Below are positions 1 through 10,310 of a DNA stretch of 40,121 nucleotides, piece after piece. Both the position numbers and the translations under genes were made by a program. The notes under the pieces were generated by a model. The model was not told where the DNA came from and made no database searches. It worked only from the letters and a program-made list of their open reading frames with translations. Each line of letters opens with the position of its first letter. Positions within the stretch are counted from its first letter, which is position 1. The DNA comes from an uncultured Alphaproteobacteria bacterium (GTDB taxonomy: Bacteria; Pseudomonadota; Alphaproteobacteria; HIMB59; GCA-002718135): positions 1 to 40,121 of the forward strand of contig CACKQA010000002.1 of NCBI GenBank assembly GCA_902602135.1. Reading direction: 5' to 3'.

Positions 1-1
1 G

Positions 2-2062
2 GGTCTAGGGGGGCCACACGCAGCATATTTTGCAACATTAGATGAATATAAAAGAATGATACCTGGAAGACTAATTGGTGTATCAGTTGATCGTACTAAT
101 AAAAGATCTTACAGAATGGCTCTTCAAACGCGTGAGCAACACATTAGAAGGGAAAAAGCTACAAGTAATATATGTACTGCACAGGCCTTATTAGCAATTA
201 TATCTGCTTCATATGCAATATATCATGGTCCAATTAGATTAAAAAATATTGCTGAGGACATTCATTATAAGTCTAGATATCTAAAGAAATCATTAGAGAT
301 ATTAAATTTTGAAGTAAAATCTATAAATTATTTTGATACCTTATTAATAAAAGATACAAAATCTAAATACTGGGTAAATAAATCTATAGACAATGGTATA
401 AATTTTAGATTTGTAAATGACGATCATTTTTCTATTTCCTTAGATGAAACTACATCACTACAAGATGTAGATAATTTAATTAAATTTTTTAATGAAAACA
501 ATAATGAAATATACGCAGAAGAAATTGAAAGTAAAATTGAAGATTCGATTTTCAAAAGTGATTTAGATAGAAAAGACAAAATATTAACTCATCCTGTATT
601 TAATATCTATCATTCTGAAACAGAAATGATGAGATATCTAAAAAAATTAGAAAATAAAGACGTTGCTTTAAATAGATCAATGATACCTCTTGGATCTTGT
701 ACTATGAAATTAAATGCGGCATCAGAAATGCTTCCAATTACTTTACCAGGTTTTTCAAACGCGCACCCATTCTTAGAGCCCCATCAACGTGAGGGATATA
801 ATGAAATGATGAGTGAATTAATATCGATGTTAAAAGATATTACTGGTTTTGATGCAGTTTCACTCCAACCTAATGCAGGAGCACAAGGTGAGTTTGCTGG
901 TTTATTAGCTATACAAAAATATCATGAGAAAAATTCAGATACTATAAGAAATATTTGTATAATTCCTAAAAGTGCTCATGGAACTAATCCAGCCAGTGCA
1001 CAGATGTGTGGTATGGATATTTTAATTGTAAACTGTGATGACAAAGGTAATGTAGATTTAACTCACTTAGATAAAAAAATAGAAGAGGCAGGTGATAGAC
1101 TGTCTGCTTTAATGATTACTTATCCATCAACACATGGTGTATTCGAAGAAAGTATTGTTGAGATTTGTAAAAAAATTCATGATGCTGGTGGTCAAGTTTA
1201 TTTAGATGGCGCTAATTATAATGCAATGGTTGGAGTAGCTAAACCAGGTAAATTTGGACCTGATGTATGCCATATGAATCTCCATAAGACATTCTGCATA
1301 CCTCATGGAGGAGGTGGACCTGGAGTTGGGGCTATAGGATTAAAAAAACATTTAGCAGATTTTGCGCCTGGGCATCCTATTTTTAAAAATGAAATAGGTT
1401 TAACCAATCAGGAGGCAGTTTCAGCAGCGCCTTGGGGCAGTGCATCTATTTTACCTATTTCATATTCTTATATTTCTATGATGGGTGACGATGGTTTAAA
1501 ATTAGCAACTCAAGTAGCAATATTAAATGCTAATTATATTAAAGAAAGATTAAAAAATTATTACCCTATTTTATATACTGGTAAGAATAATATGGTAGCA
1601 CATGAGTTTATTATTGATATCAGACCGTTTAAACAAGAATTAAATATTTCAGATGAAGATATTGCTAAAAGACTAATTGATTATGGATTTCACGCTCCCA
1701 CAATGTCTTTTCCAGTTCCAGGCACTTTGATGATTGAACCCACTGAAAGTGAATCAAAAGAGGAGCTAGATAGATTTTGTGAAGCAATGATTTCTATTCA
1801 TAATGAAATTAATATGATTAGAAATGGAAAATTTGATAAAGTAGATAATCCTATTAAAAATGCCCCACATACCATAGAAGAGGTATCTTCTGACAATTGG
1901 GATCATAAATATACACGTAAAGAAGCTGCTTACCCTCATGCTTATTTAATAAATAATAAATACTGGAGTCCAGTTAGTAGAATTGATAATGTATATGGGG
2001 ATAGAAATTTATTTTGTGTTTGTCCTCCAATAGATGAATACGAAGAGGCTAAAACTGGATAA
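2..2062 (+). CDS. gcvP: Glycine dehydrogenase (decarboxylating), glycine-cleavage P protein; 5'-truncated by the window edge (686 C-terminal codons present)
   Basis: The frame of track ORF 56..2062 stays open to the left edge (GLGGPHAAYFATLDEYKRMIPGRLIGVS...). It carries characteristic P-protein blocks: PGRLIGVS, the second aminotransferase-like half, and the PLP-lysine context HMNLHKTFCIPHGGGGPG. Confidence 0.93.
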   Translation, partial: GLGGPHAAYFATLDEYKRMIPGRLIGVSVDRTNKRSYRMALQTREQHIRREKATSNICTAQALLAIISASYAIYHGPIRLKNIAEDIHYKSRYLKKSLEILNFEVKSINYFDTLLIKDTKSKYWVNKSIDNGINFRFVNDDHFSISLDETTSLQDVDNLIKFFNENNNEIYAEEIESKIEDSIFKSDLDRKDKILTHPVFNIYHSETEMMRYLKKLENKDVALNRSMIPLGSCTMKLNAASEMLPITLPGFSNAHPFLEPHQREGYNEMMSELISMLKDITGFDAVSLQPNAGAQGEFAGLLAIQKYHEKNSDTIRNICIIPKSAHGTNPASAQMCGMDILIVNCDDKGNVDLTHLDKKIEEAGDRLSALMITYPSTHGVFEESIVEICKKIHDAGGQVYLDGANYNAMVGVAKPGKFGPDVCHMNLHKTFCIPHGGGGPGVGAIGLKKHLADFAPGHPIFKNEIGLTNQEAVSAAPWGSASILPISYSYISMMGDDGLKLATQVAILNANYIKERLKNYYPILYTGKNNMVAHEFIIDIRPFKQELNISDEDIAKRLIDYGFHAPTMSFPVPGTLMIEPTESESKEELDRFCEAMISIHNEINMIRNGKFDKVDNPIKNAPHTIEEVSSDNWDHKYTRKEAAYPHAYLINNKYWSPVSRIDNVYGDRNLFCVCPPIDEYEEAKTG

Positions 2063-2105
2063 ATACTATATATCAATAAATTAAAACACTAATTTAATAA
2101 CAATT

Positions 2106-3134
2106 ATGATTTATATTAACCTCATTTTAGTTTTTTTAGTCTTGGTCGCAATTCATGAATACGGACATTATATTGTTGCGAGATGGTTTAAAGCTGAAGT
2201 TACTGACTTCTCAATTGGGTTTGGCAAACCACTTTTAAAATTTACTGATAAAAATGGCACTACATGGAAATTATCTCCTATTCCATTAGGTGGATATGTA
2301 AAAATCAAGGGACTTGATAATATATTTTCACCAAAATCTAATGATGAGGAGGGATCCTTTCAATCTCTTACACTTTTTCAAAAGATATTAGTACTTTTAG
2401 CAGGAAGTATTTTTAATATTTTTAGTGCATGGTTTGCTCTATTTTGCATATTTTTCTTTTTTGGAATTGTTAGTTTAATGCCAATTATTGGATCAGTGAG
2501 TGAAAATTCATCTGCTTTTGAAAATGATCTTAGAGAAGGTGATAAAATACTTGAGATAAACAATATTAGTATTGAAGAGTTTTCTGATATACCAAAAGCG
2601 ATTGGCAATAACCCAAGAATTAATATTTTAATTGAAAGAAATAATCAGATAATTGAAAAAAACTTTGATCTAAAATTTAATTCAGAATTAAATAGATATA
2701 TTATTGGCATATCTTCACCTCAAAATCCTATTATTGATAAATATAATTTAATTGATTCAATTAAAAATTCTTCTTTATTCATTCCAACATACTATGTAGC
2801 TTCTTTTTCTTTTCTTCAACAATCATATAAAGAAAATACATTAGGAGATCAGTTAGCCGGACCTATAGGAATTGTAAAAAATGCAGATCAAATGATGCTT
2901 GATCAAGTAAGGGGAGTACTTTTTTTATTTATAATAATTTCTTTATTTGTAGGGTTATTTAATTTACTTCCTATTCCTCTTTTAGATGGCGGTCATATAA
3001 TCTATTTTATTATTAGAAGAATTTTTTCAAACTCTCTTCCTGAGTTTATTACAAGAGTTTATTTGGCTGTGGGGATAACAATAATATCTTTTCTCTTTAT
3101 AGTTGTGACTTACAACGATATTTTTTATAAATAA
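2106..3134 (+). CDS. rseP: M50 site-2 zinc metalloprotease (RseP/YaeL type, short single-PDZ form)
   Basis: HEYGHY (HExxH) lies in the first TM helix. A central PDZ-like soluble segment and the C-terminal NLLPIPLLDGGH motif are present. The profile is multi-TM hydrophobic. Confidence 0.85.
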   Translation: MIYINLILVFLVLVAIHEYGHYIVARWFKAEVTDFSIGFGKPLLKFTDKNGTTWKLSPIPLGGYVKIKGLDNIFSPKSNDEEGSFQSLTLFQKILVLLAGSIFNIFSAWFALFCIFFFFGIVSLMPIIGSVSENSSAFENDLREGDKILEINNISIEEFSDIPKAIGNNPRINILIERNNQIIEKNFDLKFNSELNRYIIGISSPQNPIIDKYNLIDSIKNSSLFIPTYYVASFSFLQQSYKENTLGDQLAGPIGIVKNADQMMLDQVRGVLFLFIIISLFVGLFNLLPIPLLDGGHIIYFIIRRIFSNSLPEFITRVYLAVGITIISFLFIVVTYNDIFYK

Positions 3135-3152
3135 ATATTATTGGGAGATAAA

Positions 3153-3521
3153 ATGACAAATTTTGAAAAAGTAAAAGAATTTATGACAACTTTTGGTCAA
3201 GAAGTAAAAATTATTGCTGAATTTCCAGAAAATAAAATTGTTGAATTAAGAAAAAAATTGATTGATGAAGAATTTAATGAATTAAAAGATGCAATTAATG
3301 ATAATGATATTGTTGAAGTTGCTGATGCATTAACTGATATTTTAGTTGTAACATACGGTGCGGGTGCTGCTTTTGGTATAGATCTAGATAAATGTTTTAA
3401 TGAAGTTCATCGTAGTAACATGAGTAAACTTTCAGAGGAAGGTAAGCCAATTTATAATGAATTTGGTAAAGTTATGAAGGGTCCTAATTATTCACCTCCA
3501 GATTTGAAAAAAATAATTTAA
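3153..3521 (+). CDS. MazG-like / PRA-PH-like nucleoside triphosphate pyrophosphohydrolase family protein
   Basis: About 120 aa, all-helical, with acidic metal-binding strings (LIDEEFNELKDA, VEVADALTDIL) typical of the MazG/all-alpha NTP-PPase fold. The track starts at TTG 3141, but ATG 3153 preceded by GGGAGA is the more likely start. Confidence 0.65.
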   Translation: MTNFEKVKEFMTTFGQEVKIIAEFPENKIVELRKKLIDEEFNELKDAINDNDIVEVADALTDILVVTYGAGAAFGIDLDKCFNEVHRSNMSKLSEEGKPIYNEFGKVMKGPNYSPPDLKKII

Positions 3522-4684
3522 ATATTTTTTAGAGCATCATCTAAAGACTTCTTTAAGTCTGAAATATCTTCAATTCCAATTGAAAGTCTGATTAGGGTAT
3601 CAGAAATTCCTAATTCATCTCTAATTTTTTTGTCAATGGATGCATGTGTCATTATAGCTGGATGCTCAATTAAACTTTCAACTCCACCCAAACTTTCTGC
3701 TAGTGTAAATATTTGAATTGTTTCAAGAAATTTTTTTGCTGAATTAATATCGCCCATTAATTCAATTGATAATATTCCACCAAATCCAGTCATTTGTTTT
3801 TTTGCAATTTCATAACTTGGGTTATTTTCTAATCCAGGATAAAAAACGTTATTTATTTTAGGATGTTTTAATAAATAATTAGCAATTTCTAAGGCATTAT
3901 TATTGTGCCTCTCCATTCTTACAGCAAGTGTCTTAATTGATCGAATAAGTAAATAACAATCGAAAGGGCTGGGAACAGCACCAACTGCATTTTGGATATA
4001 TTTAATTTTATCAGCTAAAATTTTATTATCATTTATAATTAGTGCACCTCCAATTATATCTGAATGACCTCCAAGATATTTGGTTGACGAATGTATAACA
4101 ACATCAGCCCCATTATTTATTGGTTGTTGATTGTAGGGTGATGCAAAAGTATTATCACAGACTATAATGATATTATCATCTTTTAAGCTTTCTCTAATTT
4201 TTTTTATATCTATAATTTTTAGTAATGGATTAGAGGGTGTCTCAACCCAAATCATTTTTGTATTTTCTTTTAGATGACCTTGCCAATTATTTTCTTTACT
4301 AAGATCGGTATATGTTACTTCTACATCTTGATTTACTGTTTTAATTTTATCAAATATTCTTCTTGTGCCACCATAAACATCATCGCTACAAATAATTGAA
4401 TAATTTTTACCTAAAGCATCTGATAATGCAGAAATTGCAGCCATACCTGAACTAAAAGCATAGGCAAATTTACCATCTTCCAATTCAACTAATAACTTTT
4501 CTAATATATCTCTTGTTGGGTTTCCTGTTCTTGCATATTCATAAGTAAAGTCACCAGGAGAATTTTGCTTAAAAGTTGATGAAAGATGAATAGGGGGCAT
4601 TACTGCGCCTGTAGTTTCATCAGCACCATGACCTGAATGAATTACTTTAGAATTAAACTTTTTATCTTTAGTATTCACGGTCAC
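3518..4684 (-). CDS. Cys/Met-metabolism PLP enzyme, cystathionine gamma-lyase / beta-lyase / gamma-synthase family
   Basis: YEYARTGNPTR and the PLP-lysine block HSSTKYLGGHSD are present, followed by the C-terminal AESLGGVESLIEHPA string typical of this family. The start is GTG and overlaps the upstream stop (GTGA). Confidence 0.85.
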   Translation of the reverse strand: MTVNTKDKKFNSKVIHSGHGADETTGAVMPPIHLSSTFKQNSPGDFTYEYARTGNPTRDILEKLLVELEDGKFAYAFSSGMAAISALSDALGKNYSIICSDDVYGGTRRIFDKIKTVNQDVEVTYTDLSKENNWQGHLKENTKMIWVETPSNPLLKIIDIKKIRESLKDDNIIIVCDNTFASPYNQQPINNGADVVIHSSTKYLGGHSDIIGGALIINDNKILADKIKYIQNAVGAVPSPFDCYLLIRSIKTLAVRMERHNNNALEIANYLLKHPKINNVFYPGLENNPSYEIAKKQMTGFGGILSIELMGDINSAKKFLETIQIFTLAESLGGVESLIEHPAIMTHASIDKKIRDELGISDTLIRLSIGIEDISDLKKSLDDALKNI

Positions 4685-5679
4685 ATCCAGTCGGCATAAG
4701 GTAAATTTTTAGATAATAAGTATTCTTTATTAAACATTTTATCATAATACTTATTTGCATCATCACAAAGTATTGTTACAATTTTTTTACCATTTCCCAT
4801 CGATTTTGCCAGTTTTACTGCACCACATATATTTACCCCAGAACTTAATCCTAGAAATAATCCATCTGTTTTCATAATTTTAAATAGCATTTCCATACAT
4901 TCTTGATCAGAAACAAAAAATGATTGGTCTACAAGACAGTTTTCTAAATTTTTTGTTATTCTAGCCTGTCCGATGCCCTCTGTGATAGATTCTTCACCTT
5001 TTTTTTCTGGTTTACCATTAGTAAAATAATTAAACATTGATGATCCTTGTGAATCTGTACAAGCGATAATTATTTCTTTATTTTTTGATTTTAGCCCAAC
5101 ACTAACACCTGTTAAAGTTCCTCCAGTTCCAATTGCACATGTGAAACCATCTATTTTACCATCCGTTTGATTAAAAATTTCTGCAGATGTTGTTTTTTCA
5201 TGAAATTTGTAGTTTGCTAAATTTTCAAATTGACCAGCCCAAAAAGTTTTTTTACCTGTTTGTTTTTCAATATCCTTAGCTAATTGCTTTGAGACTTTTT
5301 GATAATTTCCAGGATCAGAATATGGTTTTGCATCAACTAAATGAAGTTTTGCTCCCATATTTTTGAGTATATCTCTTTTAGATTGAACGGTTATGTTAGG
5401 CATTACAATTTCTAAATTATAATTTTTTGCATTACAAACTAACGCTAAGCCTATTCCTGTGTTTCCAAAAGTGCCTTCAACAACAGTTCCACCTGGTTCC
5501 AATAATTTTTTTTCTTCTGCATCCTCGATAATACCAAGTGCTGTTCTATCTTTCACTGAACCAGCTGGATTCATAAATTCAGCTTTGCCGTATATTTCGC
5601 AACCTGAAATCTCTGAAGGGTATTTTAATTTTATTAGGGGGGTGTTACCAATTAATTGAGTAACATTATTTGTTATCAT
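4681..5679 (-). CDS. Fold-type II PLP enzyme, cysteine synthase / cystathionine beta-synthase family (no Bateman domains)
   Basis: PLP lysine in NPAGSVKDR, plus GNTGIG and the GTGGT loop. The EGIG string is more CBS-like than CysK-like. The track start is TTG 5682; ATG at 5679 was used here. Confidence 0.85.
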   Translation of the reverse strand: MITNNVTQLIGNTPLIKLKYPSEISGCEIYGKAEFMNPAGSVKDRTALGIIEDAEEKKLLEPGGTVVEGTFGNTGIGLALVCNAKNYNLEIVMPNITVQSKRDILKNMGAKLHLVDAKPYSDPGNYQKVSKQLAKDIEKQTGKKTFWAGQFENLANYKFHEKTTSAEIFNQTDGKIDGFTCAIGTGGTLTGVSVGLKSKNKEIIIACTDSQGSSMFNYFTNGKPEKKGEESITEGIGQARITKNLENCLVDQSFFVSDQECMEMLFKIMKTDGLFLGLSSGVNICGAVKLAKSMGNGKKIVTILCDDANKYYDKMFNKEYLLSKNLPYADWM

Positions 5680-6241
5680 CAATATCTCTTACACCATACG
5701 GATTAAATGAAGTATCCTTATTAATATTAATATTTTTAACTGGGTTTCCTACCATTGTTGCATAAGGGGGAACATCTTTTAATACTACTGTATTAGCTCC
5801 AACTCTTGCACAACTTCCAATAATAATTGGGCCAAGAATACTTGCTCCACATCCTATTATTACATTATCCTCTATTGTTGGATGTCTTTTTGTATCTCTT
5901 TGATCATTGGAATTTTCTGCTGGACTAATTCCTCCAAGTGTAACACCATGATATAAAGTAACATTATTTCCAATTATGCTTGTTTCTCCAATTACAGTTC
6001 CCATACCATGATCGATAAATAGGTTTTTACCTATTTTAGCCGCTGGATGAATTTCAATTCCTGTTAAAAAACGACTAAATTGAGAAACTATTCTTGCTAG
6101 AGTATAAAGATTTAAATTCCATAGATTGTTTGCTATTCTATGAAAGAAAACAGACTTTACTCCTGGGTATGTAAGCACGATACTTAGTTTGCTTCTTGCA
6201 GCTGGATCTCTTTGAATTATTGAGTCTAAATAATCAGTCAT
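5666..6241 (-). CDS. cysE: Serine O-acetyltransferase (short form)
   Basis: Left-handed beta-helix hexapeptide repeats with the CysE signature [41 protein letters not shown]. The gene overlaps the downstream CBS-like gene by 14 nt. Confidence 0.88.
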   Translation of the reverse strand: MTDYLDSIIQRDPAARSKLSIVLTYPGVKSVFFHRIANNLWNLNLYTLARIVSQFSRFLTGIEIHPAAKIGKNLFIDHGMGTVIGETSIIGNNVTLYHGVTLGGISPAENSNDQRDTKRHPTIEDNVIIGCGASILGPIIIGSCARVGANTVVLKDVPPYATMVGNPVKNININKDTSFNPYGVRDIDDNK

Positions 6242-6378
6242 TTCGTAATGCTATTTAGTGATTATTGCATTTTTTTCAATGTAACGAGGGTTTCTCTATA
6301 AAATTTATGATTTTAATTATGTCAATTATTGATAGTTTATGTAGATAAAAGATGATCAATATATAATTTGCTAATTTG

Positions 6379-7500
6379 ATGATTACAGTAAATAAAATCA
6401 AAATTCATTTATTTAAGTATAAGAATAAAAATCCAGTTTTATCTTCATTTGGCAGAATGACTTTTAGATCATCATTAATTGTTGAATTAATTGATCAAAA
6501 TGACAACAGTGGATTTGGGGAAATATGGTGTAATTTTCCCAATCATGCTGGTAGATATAGATTTGAAATTTTTAAGGATTATTTTGCAAATTTACTTAAA
6601 AATTTTGATTTTGAAAAGCCGAGTGCTCCTTATGATTTTTTTTATGAAAAATTTAATTCAATAAAAATTCAAAGTGGTGATTATGGAGCTTTTAGTAATA
6701 TTATTTCCGGAATAGATTGTGCTTGTTGGGATTTATTTTCAAAAAATAAAAAAATACCTTTAAACAAATTAATTAATAGTAATTCTTCAGATAAGATTCA
6801 AGTTTATGCTAGCGGTATTAATAGAGACGAACATAAAGAAAGAATAAATGAAGCAAGAAATTTAGGAATTAAAAAATTTAAAATTAAAATTGGATATGAT
6901 TTAAATGATGATATTTCAAGTCTAGCATCAATTGAAAAAATTTTAAATGATTCTGAAGATTATATGCTTGATATAAATCAAGCTTGGAAAATAGATAAAG
7001 TTAACTCAAATATTAAATCATTAAATCAGTTCAGATATTATTGGTTAGAAGAGCCAATTAGTGCTGATAATTCATTAAATGAAATTATTAATTTAATAAA
7101 TAATCATAGAAATTTAGCTTTTGGTGAAAATATTACTCAAGTAAATAACTTTGTTAAATTAAATGATGATACTTCAATTAAATTTTTACAACCAGATATT
7201 GCTAGGTATGGAGGTATTTCACAAATAATAAGTTTAAAAGATAAAATAGTTACTGATAAAATATATCTACATTATTTAGGTGGTGCCGTGGGTTTAGTTG
7301 CTTCAGCACATTTAATGTCTGCAATTAATCAAAATGGTTTTTTAGAATATGATATTAACGAAAATGCACTCAGAACTGATATTCTAAAACCTTCTATAAA
7401 AATAAAAGATGGTTATCTATTATTAAATTCATCAATAGGTATCGGATTTAATCTTTCAGAAATGTCAAAAAATTATCTAAATCAATATTATGAATTATAA
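6379..7500 (+). CDS. Enolase-superfamily enzyme, mandelate racemase / muconate lactonizing (acid-sugar dehydratase-like) subgroup
   Basis: KxK motif (KFKIKIG) and metal-ligand contexts LDINQAW, WLEEP and FGENI, with QPDI and a later His. The first track codon is TTG; ATG is at 6379. Confidence 0.8.
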   Translation: MITVNKIKIHLFKYKNKNPVLSSFGRMTFRSSLIVELIDQNDNSGFGEIWCNFPNHAGRYRFEIFKDYFANLLKNFDFEKPSAPYDFFYEKFNSIKIQSGDYGAFSNIISGIDCACWDLFSKNKKIPLNKLINSNSSDKIQVYASGINRDEHKERINEARNLGIKKFKIKIGYDLNDDISSLASIEKILNDSEDYMLDINQAWKIDKVNSNIKSLNQFRYYWLEEPISADNSLNEIINLINNHRNLAFGENITQVNNFVKLNDDTSIKFLQPDIARYGGISQIISLKDKIVTDKIYLHYLGGAVGLVASAHLMSAINQNGFLEYDINENALRTDILKPSIKIKDGYLLLNSSIGIGFNLSEMSKNYLNQYYEL

Positions 7501-7885
7501 AATTAAAGTTTACTATGAAGATACTGATGCGTCAGGCAGAGTTTATCATTCAAATTATTTAAAATATTTAGAAAGAGGTAGGTCAGAATTCTTTTATAAA
7601 TTAGGTTATAATCATCAAAACTTACTCCAATCACTTAATTTTTACTTTGTAGTCAAGCATATCGATATAGACTACAAATTACCTGCATATTTTGAAGATA
7701 TGTTAGATGTTGAAACAAAAATTTATGAAATATCAAAAGTAAAAATAATATTTCATCAGTCAATAATTAGAGAAAAAGATTTATTAATTGATTCGAAGAT
7801 TTTAATCACACCTGTGAATGATAAAGGTAAAATTGTAAAAATGCCTGTTGATATGCTTGAAAAATTACAATTATCAAAAATCTAA
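7490..7885 (+). CDS. 4HBT hot-dog fold acyl-CoA thioesterase (YbgC-like)
   Basis: N-terminal VYYEDTDASGRVYHSNYLKYLERGRSEF matches the YbgC/4HBT catalytic-Asp signature. About 130 aa. It overlaps the upstream gene by 11 nt. Confidence 0.8.
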   Translation: MNYKIKVYYEDTDASGRVYHSNYLKYLERGRSEFFYKLGYNHQNLLQSLNFYFVVKHIDIDYKLPAYFEDMLDVETKIYEISKVKIIFHQSIIREKDLLIDSKILITPVNDKGKIVKMPVDMLEKLQLSKI

Positions 7886-7931
7886 ATAATTTTATATTTT
7901 TTTATAAGCAAACAAATGTTAAATAAAAAGT

Positions 7932-8768
7932 ATGGGTATTGTAACTGACGTAATATTGCCTCTATCTCTAGCTTTCATTATGTTTTCATTGGGCTTAGGA
8001 TTAAGTCTAAGTGACTTTACTAGAGTTTTTTTTAAACCAAGAGATTTTCTTATTGGATTATTTTTTCAAATTATTGTTCTTCCAATAGTTGCATTAATAA
8101 TCGTTATGTTTTGGCCCTTATCTCCTGAGTTAGCTATTGGAGTTATGATTCTTGCAGCTGCACCTGGCGGTGTAACTAGTAATGTTTTAACATCATTTGC
8201 AAAAGGAAATATTGCTCTTTCTATATCTTTAACAGCTATAAATAGTATTTTATGTGTAATTACAGTTCCATTAATATTAATGATATCATTAAGTGTTCTT
8301 GACATGGGTGGTATTAATGAGGGGCAGTCACTCTTTAGTGTTGCATCACAAATGTTTTTAATTGTTACAATACCAGTTATCATCGGTGTTCTATTAAGTG
8401 GAGTATTATCTTCATTTGAAAAAATAGCTAAAAATATATCCATAATTTTATTTGTTTTAGTTCTTATTGGAGCGATATTATCTCAAAGAGAAAATGTTAT
8501 TACTTACTTTGCGCAAGCAGGTTTGGTTATGTTATTTTTAAACATTATAATGATGATCATTGTTTATTTATTGTCTAATACTTTTAAATCCTCGAAAGAA
8601 ACATTCAGATGTTGGTTGATGGAAGTTGGGTTACAAAATGGAACTTTAGCAATTGTAGTAGCTAACACTTTCTTTGCAAGTACAGTTTATTTAATACCTG
8701 CAGCAATATATAGTCTAATAATGTACGCAACTGCTCTTCCTTTAATTTATTTCTTAAGAAGAAATTAA
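7932..8768 (+). CDS. Bile acid:sodium symporter (BASS/SBF) family transporter
   Basis: Polytopic membrane protein with the family signature LAAAPGGVTSNVLT and a second-half pseudo-repeat (GLQNGTLA). Confidence 0.8.
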   Translation: MGIVTDVILPLSLAFIMFSLGLGLSLSDFTRVFFKPRDFLIGLFFQIIVLPIVALIIVMFWPLSPELAIGVMILAAAPGGVTSNVLTSFAKGNIALSISLTAINSILCVITVPLILMISLSVLDMGGINEGQSLFSVASQMFLIVTIPVIIGVLLSGVLSSFEKIAKNISIILFVLVLIGAILSQRENVITYFAQAGLVMLFLNIIMMIIVYLLSNTFKSSKETFRCWLMEVGLQNGTLAIVVANTFFASTVYLIPAAIYSLIMYATALPLIYFLRRN

Positions 8769-9548
8769 GACAGGAAAAGTTTCACTATCTAAAACTTCAT
8801 TATTTTTTAGATTAATTTTTGGAAATGGGGGAGACATTTCACCTTTCCTCTTAATATATCTTGCGTCATCACCAGTAAATCTAACTGAAAAAGCTCTTCT
8901 TCTATTATTTGAATTATTACCATATGCAGCATGAATTGTTGCATAGTTAAATGCTATGGCATCTCCTAGCTCACATTCATAGGATATAATTTCATAATCT
9001 TTTCTATTATTTTCAATATCTGGAATTTTTTCAAATTCTTTATCTTTATGATCATAATCATAACCTTTAAATTTTGTAGGTAAAAATATTTTATTCCATT
9101 TATGTGAACCTAGTATGAATTCCATTGATGAATTAATATCAATTTTATCAAGTGGTATCCAAATACTTACATTATCTCTTCCTTGTACACAGTAATACCC
9201 TTGATCTTGATGCCACGGTGTTCTTTTTTTAGATCCTTTTTCTTTTATTAAAACATGCTCATGAAATAAATTTACTTTTTTAGATTTCATTAATGAGCCA
9301 GCAATTTTCGCAATATTAGAATTAAAAATAAAATTTTTATACTCTTTTATTCTTTGCCAATTACAATAATCATCATAAAATACCTCTTGATTATTTACTT
9401 CTTCATAAACACATTTATATTTACTTGGGTTTTGAAAATTATGCTCAACACCCTTTCTTAGTTCTTCAATCCATTTTTGATCAATAATTCTTTTTAGTAA
9501 TACAACTCCATTATTCTGAAATTCATTACTAATATTTTTTTCAATCAT
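8754..9548 (-). CDS. Phytanoyl-CoA dioxygenase (PhyH) family Fe(II)/2-oxoglutarate oxygenase
   Basis: HxD metal motif in WHQDQGYY and distal His in ATIHAAYGN. About 264 aa, typical for bacterial PhyH. Confidence 0.75.
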   Translation of the reverse strand: MIEKNISNEFQNNGVVLLKRIIDQKWIEELRKGVEHNFQNPSKYKCVYEEVNNQEVFYDDYCNWQRIKEYKNFIFNSNIAKIAGSLMKSKKVNLFHEHVLIKEKGSKKRTPWHQDQGYYCVQGRDNVSIWIPLDKIDINSSMEFILGSHKWNKIFLPTKFKGYDYDHKDKEFEKIPDIENNRKDYEIISYECELGDAIAFNYATIHAAYGNNSNNRRRAFSVRFTGDDARYIKRKGEMSPPFPKINLKNNEVLDSETFPVLISS

Positions 9549-10310
9549 TTAATCTTTAATTCTATATCCTTTTGAAAATGTATATGTGATAAATATTATG
9601 CATCCAATTAAAATTGTTAGGATAGTTAATGTACTTGTAAGTAATGAAACATCAGAAACTTCATAAAAACTATATCTGAAACCACTTATTAAATATAAAA
9701 CAGGATTAAGTAATGATATTTTCTGCCAAAATTCTGGAAGCATATTAATAGAGTAAAAACTTCCTCCTAAAAAAACTAACGGTGTAATTATTAGAATTGG
9801 AATAATCTGTAGTCCTTCAAAACCTTCTGCATACATTCCAATTATAAAACCAAATAAAGCAAAAGTAATGGATGTTAGAATTAAAAAAAACATCATTAGA
9901 AGAGGGTGATCTATTCTTACATCTACAAAAAAATTAGCAGTTAATATAATCACACATCCAATTATTAATGATTTTGATGCTGCCGCTCCTACAAAACCAA
10001 GCACTATCTCAAACGAAGATAATGGTGCTGCAAGTATTTCATATATGGTATTTGTAAATCTTGGAAAATAAAAAGCAAAAGAAGCATTAGAAATTGATTG
10101 AGTTAAGATAGTTAACATAATCATTCCCGGTACAATATAAGAGCCATAATTAATTCCATCTATCTCTGTAATTCTTGAACCAATTGCTGATCCAAAAACT
10201 ACAAAGTAAAGAGAAGTTGTAATTATTGGCGAGGCAAGACTTTGAAATAAGGTTCTTCTAAACCTTTCCATTTCATGAATATATATTGCTTTAATTCCGT
10301 ACCAATTCAT
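9549..10310 (-). CDS. ABC-2 type transporter permease (YadH-like)
   Basis: Six-TM profile of about 253 aa with an ABC-2 family pattern. It overlaps the upstream ATPase gene by 20 nt. Confidence 0.8.
   Translation of the reverse strand: MNWYGIKAIYIHEMERFRRTLFQSLASPIITTSLYFVVFGSAIGSRITEIDGINYGSYIVPGMIMLTILTQSISNASFAFYFPRFTNTIYEILAAPLSSFEIVLGFVGAAASKSLIIGCVIILTANFFVDVRIDHPLLMMFFLILTSITFALFGFIIGMYAEGFEGLQIIPILIITPLVFLGGSFYSINMLPEFWQKISLLNPVLYLISGFRYSFYEVSDVSLLTSTLTILTILIGCIIFITYTFSKGYRIKD

Noticed and set aside
6242-6378. Possible riboswitch (for example a SAM-type leader) upstream of the cysE operon in the 137-nt divergent spacer.
   Set aside because: I found only weak AT-rich stems (for example AATGC/GCATT). 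I cannot reproduce from memory a consensus for the SAM-II/SAM-V classes well enough to match it. A covariance-model scan (Rfam/Infernal) would be needed, so I make no claim.
8066-8443. 125-aa minus-strand ORF inside the BASS transporter gene.
   Set aside because: It is fully embedded antisense to a gene carrying the BASS signature (APGGVTSN). It has no motif of its own, and its length is explained by stop-poor antisense frames of membrane-protein genes.
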